This document shows positions 18,537-27,449 of a stretch of DNA of 53,960 nt, one piece after another. The number at the start of each line of letters is the position of its first letter. Position 1 is the stretch's first letter. The stretch comes from an uncultured Anaerotruncus sp. (lineage in GTDB: Bacteria; Bacillota; Clostridia; Oscillospirales; Ruminococcaceae), in assembly GCA_944387965.1 (NCBI GenBank), contig CALXGW010000128.1:1-53960 (forward strand), written 5' to 3'. The notes beneath the pieces are model-generated. The model was given only the letters and a program-made list of their open reading frames with translations, searched no databases and had not been told where the DNA came from. The position numbers were made by a program, and so were the translations under genes.

Positions 18537-19016
18537 ATGGCGATCCGATATCCAGAACCGATCCAGACCTTCCGTTTTTTGATCCGTGTGGGTGACAGCA
18601 AGGAGATCTCCGCCGCATTCAGCCGTTTTTCCGGTGTGAAGATGGAGGTGGAAACCATCCAGATGCGCAGCGGCAACGAAGGACGGGGCGTGAAGGAGTT
18701 TACCCCGGTGTTTACCAGTTTTGCCCCGGTGACCCTGAGCAAAGGGGTCGTGGGGGACAATGAGTTTTTGGACTGGATGCTTTCGGCAAGCGCGGGGGTA
18801 CATACCGGCCCCACCGGTTTGAACCTGCGCCGGACCATCGACGTCATCACCCTCAATGAGCGGGGAAAACCAGGGGTCATCTGGACGCTGCAGGGGGCGA
18901 TGCCCATCGGGTATGAACTTTCCCCCATGGACGGCAGCCGCAGCGAGGTGCTGACCGAGAGCCTTACCTTTGCGATCACCGGCATGAAGCGTACAACCAA
19001 GTCGGGGACGGAATAA
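18537..19016 (+). CDS. tail tube paralogue (gp19/Afp5-like)
   Basis: FRFLIRV, FSRFSGV, PVTLSKGV, WTLQGAMP. Confidence 0.85.
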   Translation: MAIRYPEPIQTFRFLIRVGDSKEISAAFSRFSGVKMEVETIQMRSGNEGRGVKEFTPVFTSFAPVTLSKGVVGDNEFLDWMLSASAGVHTGPTGLNLRRTIDVITLNERGKPGVIWTLQGAMPIGYELSPMDGSRSEVLTESLTFAITGMKRTTKSGTE

Positions 19017-19049
19017 CCTTTCGGAAAGCCGGGAAAGGAGGAAGACGGC

Positions 19050-19466
19050 ATGGCAATATCCGGAGCCTATTTTGAAGTGATGCTGGCGGGGCCGGGCGCC
19101 GTGCTGGCCGGCGGTTTTACCTCTGTGTCCGGATTGGACATGGAAGTGGATTACGAAGTTTATACAGAAGGGGGCAGCAATTATCCCCGCTTCTTTTTCA
19201 AAAATACAAAACCCACCCAACTGGTGCTTGAACAAGGGGTGGTCACTACGGTGGACAGCGTTTCGCTGCTGATGGCTATGGTCAACCAGGGGATGTCTAT
19301 CCCATTGGCCGGGGTCATCATCCTGAAGGACAGCTTCGGGATCCCGGTACGGGAATGGACGGTAGTAGGGGCGCATTTGCAGAAGTATGTGGGCCCCCAG
19401 CTCAACAGCAACCAGGCCAGCGTGGCTGTCAGCCGGATCGAACTAATCCATAACGGGTGCTTCTGA
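19050..19466 (+). CDS. tail tube paralogue (gp19-like)
   Basis: FTSVSGL, YTEGG, LVLEQGV, REWTVVGA..KYVGPQLN. Confidence 0.85.
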   Translation: MAISGAYFEVMLAGPGAVLAGGFTSVSGLDMEVDYEVYTEGGSNYPRFFFKNTKPTQLVLEQGVVTTVDSVSLLMAMVNQGMSIPLAGVIILKDSFGIPVREWTVVGAHLQKYVGPQLNSNQASVAVSRIELIHNGCF

Positions 19467-21388
19467 TGAAATCAATTGCGGTGACAAAACCGGATATGGG
19501 CGTGCTTTCCCGGGAACGGCTGCCCCTTTCCCCCTTCGGCGCTTTGGCCCAGTCCTTTGCGGAGGAACTGTTGGCGCGGGCGGGCCGGGAGGAAGGGAAT
19601 TGGCCCTTTGTGCCCCTGGAATTGCTGGAAGAAGGGGATACGCCCCAGCCTTCCGGCACTGCGTCCCCCGGAATGACCTTCCAGGTGGACCTTCAGCTGG
19701 TGCTGGAGGTCCTGCGGCGTGAAGGGGATGCGACAGAACAGCAAAAGGCTGCACAGCGCATTGTGGAACGCATCCTGCTCCGGCAGGCCCGGCAGGAGCA
19801 GCCCAAGACCTCGCCGGAAACCCGGACGGAAAAGATGCAGCAGGTGCTTTATCAGTATCTGTCGCGCAGTTTCACCCAGAATTTGACACAAAATATCACC
19901 CGGAATTTCAGCTGGAGCCTGCTCCAGAATGTGCATATGCCCCTGGCTTCCTCCCGGCAGCAGGATACGCCGGCTCAGGGGGCGCCGGGCGGGCTGGCGC
20001 AGCAGGTAAAGGAATTTTCCCGTCAGCTGCAAATTGTGCGGGAGGAAGGAAAATCCTTTCCCGCAGAACCGGATGAGCAGGAAGGGGCTGTACAGCTGCA
20101 GAAACCCGTCCGCGTTGATGTAAACGCCCCGCATATGCCGCAGGAGGAGCTGCCGCTTTTGCAGGATGCAGCAGTTTCCGGATCCGGGGGGCTGGATGCC
20201 CAGGCGGTCCGGCAGGCAGGGGAACAGCTGCAGAAAATGCTCGGGGATTTTTTGGAAGAGAGAACCCGGCAAGCTGAAAGCAGCACGGTCCCGCCGCAGC
20301 AGGCATCCCCAGCGCAGGAGCAGCCCGCACCGGTGGAACTTTCCCACCGGGAGGAAGCGGCGGCCGGGCAGGCGTCGCAGGGCGAAGCCGCCCGGACAGG
20401 TACACAGCCCCCGGCAGCGCGCAGCGACGCCGGGAAGGCAGAAAACAGGACAGCGTGCAGGCCGAAGGCGGCGGAAATGCCGGTTGCGCGGGATATCCGG
20501 GTCGGGGCCGAGAGATATGCGCATGCCGCGCCGGAACCGCAGGCATCTGTAGCGCAGGAGCAGCCCGCGCCGGTGGAACTTTCCCACCGGGAGGAAACGG
20601 CAGCCGGGCAGGCGTCGCAGGGCGAAGCCGCCCGGACAGGCGCACAGCCTCCGGCGGCGCGCAGCGACGCCGGGCAGGCGGAGAACAGGACGGCAAGCAG
20701 GCCGAAGGCGGCGGAAATGCCGGTTGCACGGGATATCCGGGTCGGGGCTTACCAGCGCACAGCGCAGACAGGAAGGCAGCCCGGCAGCAGCCTGGCGGTG
20801 GGCTGGGATGCCCGCCAGGCGTCCGGCATAGAAACAGGGACGGCAGGGTTGGCCTTGCAGCCCCCCGAAATGGTGTTGAACCAGCCGGCCGGGCTGGAGG
20901 GGATGCCCGCAGCGGCGGAAGGCCGCAGCCAAAGCGTATCCCGGCAGCATGGAGATGGCAGGCAGCCGGACCCGCTGCTGCTGGCATATGGGCCGTCGTT
21001 TGCCCAAGCAGCAGGGATGCTGCAGCAAGGGAATATCCCAGCGCCACAACAGCAGGAAGAATCGGAGTATGTCCGCAGCCTGCCTGATTGGGCCAGGCAA
21101 TTCCTGAAAAGGAGCGGGACAGACGCCCAACCGTCCCATACAATGGGGGTGGCGCAGGAGATCGTCTCCCTGCCGCCGCAGGGGATGGGGGACACTGTCC
21201 AATGGACAGCTCCGAACTACCATCCGCCGCAGGCGCCGATCACTTATCGGGAGAAGGGCGGGCAGGAACCGGCCCAGCAGTCCCGGGAGGTCCCGATCAG
21301 CGATGCACAGATCCAGAAAGCAGCGGACAGGGTATATCAGTTGATTACAGAACGCATCCGGCGGGAACGCCGCCGGTTCGGCCTATAA
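19466..21388 (+). CDS. long Ala/Gln/Pro-rich CIS protein (candidate tape-measure or inner component)
   Basis: TGATG coupling; low complexity; internal duplication; C-terminal ADRVYQLITERIRRERRRFG. Confidence 0.6.
   Translation: MKSIAVTKPDMGVLSRERLPLSPFGALAQSFAEELLARAGREEGNWPFVPLELLEEGDTPQPSGTASPGMTFQVDLQLVLEVLRREGDATEQQKAAQRIVERILLRQARQEQPKTSPETRTEKMQQVLYQYLSRSFTQNLTQNITRNFSWSLLQNVHMPLASSRQQDTPAQGAPGGLAQQVKEFSRQLQIVREEGKSFPAEPDEQEGAVQLQKPVRVDVNAPHMPQEELPLLQDAAVSGSGGLDAQAVRQAGEQLQKMLGDFLEERTRQAESSTVPPQQASPAQEQPAPVELSHREEAAAGQASQGEAARTGTQPPAARSDAGKAENRTACRPKAAEMPVARDIRVGAERYAHAAPEPQASVAQEQPAPVELSHREETAAGQASQGEAARTGAQPPAARSDAGQAENRTASRPKAAEMPVARDIRVGAYQRTAQTGRQPGSSLAVGWDARQASGIETGTAGLALQPPEMVLNQPAGLEGMPAAAEGRSQSVSRQHGDGRQPDPLLLAYGPSFAQAAGMLQQGNIPAPQQQEESEYVRSLPDWARQFLKRSGTDAQPSHTMGVAQEIVSLPPQGMGDTVQWTAPNYHPPQAPITYREKGGQEPAQQSREVPISDAQIQKAADRVYQLITERIRRERRRFGL
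20311..20748 (+). repeat. two direct repeats of about 198 bp, period 240 bp (80 aa)
   Basis: AGCGCAGGAGCAGCCCGC..GGATATCCGGGTCGGGGC at 20311-20508 and 20551-20748. Confidence 0.92.
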
Positions 21389-21413
21389 ACAGGCGGGAAA
21401 GGAGGCAGGGCAG

Positions 21414-22139
21414 ATGTATATCGGTATCCCAAACCCCAATATGCTGATACCGCTGGAAAAAATGACCATCCAGCCGGAAGGGAAAACAGCCTTTAAAGTG
21501 CTTTATAACCCGGAAAGCTATACGCAGAGCCGTATGGTGCGGTATGCCCAATCGAGCGGCATTTCCACCAATACGCCGGTATCCCAGTTTGCTGGGGGCG
21601 GGCTGGAGATCCTGACGTTCCGGCTGTTTTTTGACAGCATGTCCGCGGGCAGCGAAGTCGGGGGCGGGCTGCTGGACAAGGCAAAATTTGCCGCCAACAG
21701 CTTACTGCCCTCCCTGACCAAGCTGATCGATGTGCGCACTTATACCAAGCAGGTATATAGCCTGATGGAGATCGACCCGGATAAGCATGTGCCTCCGCTG
21801 CTGACGCTGAAGTGGTCTTCTTTGCAGTTTACCGGCCACCTGATCAGCTGTCAACAGAGTTTTGTCCGGTTCGGCGAGCAGGGGACGCCTTTACGCGCCT
21901 GGCTGGACTGCGTTTTCCAGGAATTTATCGCGCCGCAGAAAGCGACGCTGCCCCGTCCGCTGGAATCGCCGGACACCACCAAATACCGTACGGTCCGGCA
22001 GGGGGATACCCTATGGTCGTTGTCGGCCAAGGAATATGGGCAGCCGGAGCAATGGCGGGCGATCGCCGACGCCAACGGGCTGGCCAATCCCAGGCTTTTG
22101 CGTTCGGGGGACCGGCTGGTGCTGCCGGCCATCAAGTAG
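21414..22139 (+). CDS. CIS tube initiator with C-terminal LysM (Afp7-like)
   Basis: VLYNPESY, LFFD, PPLLTLKW, GTPLRA; LysM TVRQGDTLWSLSAKEYG..WRAIADANGL. Confidence 0.9.
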   Translation: MYIGIPNPNMLIPLEKMTIQPEGKTAFKVLYNPESYTQSRMVRYAQSSGISTNTPVSQFAGGGLEILTFRLFFDSMSAGSEVGGGLLDKAKFAANSLLPSLTKLIDVRTYTKQVYSLMEIDPDKHVPPLLTLKWSSLQFTGHLISCQQSFVRFGEQGTPLRAWLDCVFQEFIAPQKATLPRPLESPDTTKYRTVRQGDTLWSLSAKEYGQPEQWRAIADANGLANPRLLRSGDRLVLPAIK

Positions 22140-22172
22140 CGGAGGATCCGGCTGAAAGGAGGTGGGGGCAGT

Positions 22173-23267
22173 TTGGACAAAGGTTCTTATACATTCCAGG
22201 CACTGAGCAGTAAATATGAAGATTTCCGCGGCCCCGCCTTCACCATCAAGGTGGATGACACCGTTTTAAACAGTGCTGAGATGCCGATCGCCTCGCTGGA
22301 AGTGGAACTGAACGCGACCGGCGCGGCCAGCGGATGCCATTTTTCAGTGGAAAGCTTATATGATTTTGCACAGTCCAAATGGATCAATAACCTGGCCAAA
22401 ACCATTCAGGTGGGGGCGAAACTGGAGGTTTTGGGGGGATATGTGAAACAGGAAGTCATCTTTTATGGTTATGTGGATGAATTTTCCATGGAATACAGCG
22501 GTTCCGCCCCGCCCCGCCTGGCAGTTACCGGCATCGATGGCTTCGGTTATCTGATGAGCTGCCAGGAGCCGATCTATGGGGGAAAGAAAAAACCGCAGAA
22601 GGTCGTGGAGGATATTTTAACCAAGGCGGTATCTGCCGGTTATGCCAAAAGCAAGACGGTCGGTTCGCTTGAGGGCTTTGATGTGCCGGTCGTCAAGGAA
22701 AAAATGGATGATTTCAAATATCTGCGCCTGTTATCCCAACGGTATTGTATGAGCCTGTTTTCGGTAGCTGGCGAACTGATTTTTGATAATGTGGTATCCA
22801 ACAGTAGCCCATTGATCAGTTTCACAGTGGGCATGGGGCTTTTGAATTTCCAACGGCGGCTTTCCCTGCAGGGACAGGTGGGCGAAGTGGAAATCTGGGG
22901 CAGGGATATCAATCAGAAATTTATCAAAGGGGTCGCAAACAGCATCAGTATCGGCGGTTCGGGGAAAAGCGCTGTGGAATTGGCGCCTAAATTCAAGCAG
23001 ACGGCAGTGCGGGAATATAACGAGTATGTGCGGACCGAAAAAGAGTGCGTGGAACTGGCCCAGGCCCGCCTGGATCATCTGGCGCTGAATTTCGTATCGG
23101 GACAGGGGACCTGCGTGGGTATCCCGGAATTGATCCCGGGCCGGTATATTTCGGTCAAGGGGCTGGATGACGATACCGAAGGCAGCTACTTTTTAAGCGC
23201 AGTCCGCCATCGCTTTACCAGGGAAGGATATTTCACCGAATTTGAAGTAAAGGGGGCCAGGGCCTGA
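22173..23267 (+). CDS. baseplate hub, phage late control D / gp27-like
   Basis: TTG start after AAGGAGGTG; VLGGY..IFYGYV; GIPELIPG..G.YFLSAVRHRF. Confidence 0.85.
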   Translation: MDKGSYTFQALSSKYEDFRGPAFTIKVDDTVLNSAEMPIASLEVELNATGAASGCHFSVESLYDFAQSKWINNLAKTIQVGAKLEVLGGYVKQEVIFYGYVDEFSMEYSGSAPPRLAVTGIDGFGYLMSCQEPIYGGKKKPQKVVEDILTKAVSAGYAKSKTVGSLEGFDVPVVKEKMDDFKYLRLLSQRYCMSLFSVAGELIFDNVVSNSSPLISFTVGMGLLNFQRRLSLQGQVGEVEIWGRDINQKFIKGVANSISIGGSGKSAVELAPKFKQTAVREYNEYVRTEKECVELAQARLDHLALNFVSGQGTCVGIPELIPGRYISVKGLDDDTEGSYFLSAVRHRFTREGYFTEFEVKGARA

Positions 23268-24049
23268 TGGGCATGGGGGAGGAATTACAGGCCATATTGG
23301 GTGCAGGGCAAGACCTGGAACGCCAGATGCAGCAGGTCGGCCTGGTCCTGGCGAAGGTGACCAATATTACCGATGAAGAAAAACTCAACCGGGTCAAATG
23401 TATGCCGATCGGCAATGAACAGGCGGAAGAAACCGACTGGTGCTATGTCATGGCCCCTCTGGTAGGCAAAAGCTGCGGCCAGTTTTTCTTCCCGAATGTG
23501 AATGACCTGGTGGTGCTTGCATATTTGAGCGGGGATCCACACCGGCCGATGGTGATCGGCGGGTTCTGGAATACGGAACTGCCGCCGCCTTATACGATCG
23601 AGAACGGGAAGGTTTATAATTTTTCGATCAAGACCCCAAATGGGACCGAACTTCTTTTTTATGACGAACCTAAAAAGCAGAAGGTGACCCTGACCCTGCC
23701 TTCCGGCACCGTCCTGTGCATCGATGATGAGGCGCAGGCCGTTTCCCTCAAGGATGGCAAGGGGGAAAATGCGCTGGAAATGAATCTCAAAGAGGGCACG
23801 ATTGCCCTGAAGGCGAAAAAACAGCTGGATCTGTCGGCCGGAGAAACAAAGATCACTTTGGAGTCGGGCGGCAGTCTGACGATGGCGGCACAGAAGGAAA
23901 TCTCGATGGAAGCGGCTGAAATCGCCGGAAAAGGAAATTCCAAGGTGGCGGTAGACGGGGCCGAAGTGAAGGTAAATGCCACAGGGCAATTGGAACTTTC
24001 AGCTTCCGGCACAGCCGCCCTCAAGGGTGCGACGGTAAGCATCAATTAA
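23267..24049 (+). CDS. spike, gp5/gpV-like (VgrG C-terminal part)
   Basis: AKVTNITD..RVKC, GQFFFPNVNDLVVLAYLSGDPHRPMVIGGFWN; beta-helix C-terminus. Confidence 0.9.
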   Translation: MGMGEELQAILGAGQDLERQMQQVGLVLAKVTNITDEEKLNRVKCMPIGNEQAEETDWCYVMAPLVGKSCGQFFFPNVNDLVVLAYLSGDPHRPMVIGGFWNTELPPPYTIENGKVYNFSIKTPNGTELLFYDEPKKQKVTLTLPSGTVLCIDDEAQAVSLKDGKGENALEMNLKEGTIALKAKKQLDLSAGETKITLESGGSLTMAAQKEISMEAAEIAGKGNSKVAVDGAEVKVNATGQLELSASGTAALKGATVSIN

Positions 24050-24081
24050 CCGGGCAAGCCGGTGGAAAGGAGTGGGCGTGG

Positions 24082-24501
24082 ATGAACGGGAAGGAATTTC
24101 TGGGCCGGGGATTGAAATTCCCCCTCCAGGTGGACCCCAGGACAGGGAAAATTGCGATGTCGGATCAGGAAGAGGATATCCGCGAGGCCATCGGCATCAT
24201 TCTGCGCACCGGCAAGGGGGAACGGGTCATGCGGCCTGATTTCGGTGCGAATACCATGGATTATGCGTTCGCCCCGGCGTCCAGCTCCATGACCAATTCC
24301 ATTGCCCATGAGCTGCGGCTAGCTTTGCTGGAACAGGAGCCGCGCATCCAGGATGTGGAAGTGGAGTGCGAACAGATCGACCAGCTCAGCGGCGCAGTGG
24401 TGATTCATGTCAGTTATACGGTGCGCAGCACCAATAACCGATACAACCATGTTTATCCCTTCTATCAGACGGAGGGTTCGGAAGGAGGGGGCGCGGTATG
24501 A
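24082..24501 (+). CDS. GPW/gp25 baseplate protein (Afp9-like)
   Basis: FLGRGLKFP, ILRTGKGERVMRPDFG, EPRI, VYPFY. Confidence 0.95.
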   Translation: MNGKEFLGRGLKFPLQVDPRTGKIAMSDQEEDIREAIGIILRTGKGERVMRPDFGANTMDYAFAPASSSMTNSIAHELRLALLEQEPRIQDVEVECEQIDQLSGAVVIHVSYTVRSTNNRYNHVYPFYQTEGSEGGGAV

Positions 24502-27416
24502 AACAGCCGGTTTTAGATCCCAGGGATCGGCAGGCTGTGATGGCCCAGCTGGCAGCCAGGGCACGCGCCTACACCCCGGAATGGCGGTATGAGAGGGCGG
24601 AGGATGACCCCGGTTCCGCTTTGTCGGAACTGTTTGGCGAAATGTTTTATCAGACGGTCGACCGGCTCAATTCGGTCCCAGGCAAATTACATACGGAATT
24701 TTTGAATCTCACCGGGTTCCGGATGCCCGACCCATCCCCCGCTTCCGGCCTGCTCCAGTTTACCGCGCATGATACGGTGGAGCAGCCGGTGCCGGTACCG
24801 GAGGGCGCGCAGGTCTTCACTGAGGATGCGCAGGGGGAACATATCGTTTATGAAACCGAGCGGCGGATCGAATCCACCCCCGCCAAACTGCAGGGGCTGC
24901 TGTTTGTGGATGCCCGTGACGGGGTGATCCAGCAGCTGGATTTGGAAAAGACCCAACCATTTTTCTGCCCGGTGGAAGGGGAAAACCTCCAGCGCCACCG
25001 GTTCACCCTGAGCCAGGACGACGTGCTTGCGCTGGCAGGGCCTTGTGAGGTGGAAGTGGAGCTGCGGCAGGAGGGCGGTTTTACCGCTTCGGAAACTGCG
25101 CAGCGGCTGGCCGACCCGGAACAAGCCCGATGGGCATTCCTGAGCCGGGACGGCGAAGAAGCGTTTACTGCCGTGCGGGCGCAGGGGAACAGCCTGTTTT
25201 TGTCCTATGACGGGGCTGCGGGCTTTGCCGCCGATGCAGAAGGGCATTACAAAATTTCCTGTACCGGCGCGCCGGCTGGCGGGGAACTCCTGTTGGATGG
25301 GGTCAGCCTGCGCAGCCGCCCAACTGGATGGCGGGCGCTGGATGGGGTATCCAACGGGGATATCCCGATCGATTTGCAGGAGGGGGGATACTGTTTCGGC
25401 CGCCGTCCGGCTGCATATGGTTTATGTTATTTCCGCTGTGACCAGGCGTTCTGCAAGCGGGGGGCACGTGTCAACCTGCGGCTGGAAGTTGCTGCGGTGG
25501 TCAACGGGCTGGATGGGCAGCAGCCTCAGTATCAGTTCAACCAGCGCATCATCGATAAGCGGGATGCGGTGGCAGTGGTACCGGATGATGTTTATGTGGC
25601 CCAGGTGGCATGGGAATATTTTAACGGCCTGGGCTGGCGGCCGCTGGCGGTTTCTGGAAACCGCAACCCGTTTTCCTGCAAGCAGGAAGGGTTGGCGGAA
25701 GTGGCTTTTGATGTGCCAAATGATATTGCTAGCAATGAAGTCAATGCCCAGCCGGGGTATTATATCCGGGCCAGGGTGGTCCATGTGGAAAATGAGTTTT
25801 CGATGACGCCCAAGTGGATTTTGCCTTTTCTGAAAAGCGCGGAATGTACCTGGGTATATGATAAAGGGCTGCCGGTGCAGCGGCTGGAGGCGGAAAACAA
25901 CGGCGGAACAATCTGCCAGGAAGACGCGGAAGATATCCGGCATCTGGGTTTCCCGGCCCTGGAAAGATTGGCGGAACATCCCAGGGCAATGTATTTTTGC
26001 TTTGACCGTTCCCCGCATGCAATGCCGTTATCCATCTTCTTTGATATGGCGGGACGGGTAAAACTGGAGGACAAAGTGGGCTTTGAGGCATGGACTGGCA
26101 GCCGGTTCGAACCGGTGCGGATGGTCGATCTGACCCGCAACCTGTTGCATCCGGGGCTCATGCTCCTGTATCTGCCAAAACCCCTGCCGGCACAGACAAT
26201 GCTGGGGATGGAAGGGTACTGGCTGCGCCTTTCCCGCAGTTCCTATCTGGAAAACCCGGGCGGATGGCCCAGGGTAAATGCGATCCATCTGAATACGGTG
26301 GAAGCGTTCCAGCGGGAACAGGCGGCGGAGGAAATATTCTCGGCAAGCGCCTATGAGGCAGGGAAATCCGTGGATCTGCTGCATCGCCCGGTGCTGGAAG
26401 CCCAGGTATGGGTGGATGAAGTGGGCGGGTTGGCGGTGTCCGATATCGAGGCGCTGGCCAAAGAGATACCCGGCCGGGTGGAGTTGGAACGGGAGGACCG
26501 TGTGATTACCCATTGCTGGGTGCTTTGGCAGCGGCGGGACCATCTGGCCCTGGCGGGGCCGGAGGAACGATGCTACAGCCTGGACCCGTATACAGGGCGG
26601 ATCTGCTTCGGGGACGGCAACCATGGGCGGGTACCGCCGCAGGGGGAAGAAAACCTGCGGGTAAAATACGCATATGGCGGCGGAAGCCGGGGCAACCAGC
26701 CTGCCGGGACGGTGACCCAGCCGGTAGGTTCGCTGCCGCGGATCAGCCGTGTGGAAAACCTGACCCCCATGAGCGGGGGCACCGACCGGCTTCCCCCGGA
26801 AAAGGTGGATGCGATCGGCAGCAAGGCCCTGAAGCACCGTGGACGTGCGGCGGGCATCCGGGATTTTGAAGAGATTGTTTTGCAGGATTTCCCGCAGGTC
26901 CGGCATGTCAAATGTTTCTCGGGCCGGGATGTTTCCGGGGCATATGCTCCCGGACATGTGAGCGTGGTGGTGGAAGGATGCGACCTGGACAGCCGGCGGG
27001 CGACCGACGATCTGTGCCAGCGGATCTATGAGGCGCTTTCCCAGCAGTGCGATTGCGTGATGGCGGCGGAAGGACGGCTGCATGTCGTAGGTTCCACCGT
27101 GATTACGGTAAGCAGTACGGTGACGGTAGAGATGGCCGACCCGGATCAGAGTGCCGTTACCCAGCAGGCCATTGCCAACCGGCTGGAAGAACTGATCAAC
27201 GAACGCTGGCGGGAACGGGAGATCGGTGACCAGATCCGTATTGCACAGGTATGGCAGACGGTGCGGGATACCCCAAATGTGCGCCGGGTACGCAATATTT
27301 TACTGGAAGGCTGGTATGACCAGGCCGGTATCCAACGGGTGACGCCTTTGGAAGAAGACGGCGTTTTCCCATATGCCACTGTAAAAAGCGGGCTCCATCT
27401 CATCCAGGTGGAGTGA
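24498..27416 (+). CDS. baseplate J/gp47-like wedge protein
   Basis: LDPRD..YTPEW..DPG; FGDGNHGRVPP; YGGGSRGN; GGTD..RGRAAG..DFE. Confidence 0.9.
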   Translation: MKQPVLDPRDRQAVMAQLAARARAYTPEWRYERAEDDPGSALSELFGEMFYQTVDRLNSVPGKLHTEFLNLTGFRMPDPSPASGLLQFTAHDTVEQPVPVPEGAQVFTEDAQGEHIVYETERRIESTPAKLQGLLFVDARDGVIQQLDLEKTQPFFCPVEGENLQRHRFTLSQDDVLALAGPCEVEVELRQEGGFTASETAQRLADPEQARWAFLSRDGEEAFTAVRAQGNSLFLSYDGAAGFAADAEGHYKISCTGAPAGGELLLDGVSLRSRPTGWRALDGVSNGDIPIDLQEGGYCFGRRPAAYGLCYFRCDQAFCKRGARVNLRLEVAAVVNGLDGQQPQYQFNQRIIDKRDAVAVVPDDVYVAQVAWEYFNGLGWRPLAVSGNRNPFSCKQEGLAEVAFDVPNDIASNEVNAQPGYYIRARVVHVENEFSMTPKWILPFLKSAECTWVYDKGLPVQRLEAENNGGTICQEDAEDIRHLGFPALERLAEHPRAMYFCFDRSPHAMPLSIFFDMAGRVKLEDKVGFEAWTGSRFEPVRMVDLTRNLLHPGLMLLYLPKPLPAQTMLGMEGYWLRLSRSSYLENPGGWPRVNAIHLNTVEAFQREQAAEEIFSASAYEAGKSVDLLHRPVLEAQVWVDEVGGLAVSDIEALAKEIPGRVELEREDRVITHCWVLWQRRDHLALAGPEERCYSLDPYTGRICFGDGNHGRVPPQGEENLRVKYAYGGGSRGNQPAGTVTQPVGSLPRISRVENLTPMSGGTDRLPPEKVDAIGSKALKHRGRAAGIRDFEEIVLQDFPQVRHVKCFSGRDVSGAYAPGHVSVVVEGCDLDSRRATDDLCQRIYEALSQQCDCVMAAEGRLHVVGSTVITVSSTVTVEMADPDQSAVTQQAIANRLEELINERWREREIGDQIRIAQVWQTVRDTPNVRRVRNILLEGWYDQAGIQRVTPLEEDGVFPYATVKSGLHLIQVE

Positions 27417-27449
27417 AGATGATAAACAACGAAAGGGAGGGACGGCCCC

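Noticed and set aside
20311-20748. CRISPR array or DGR template/variable repeats
   Set aside because: Two long in-frame coding repeats with no spacers; differences are not confined to adenines.
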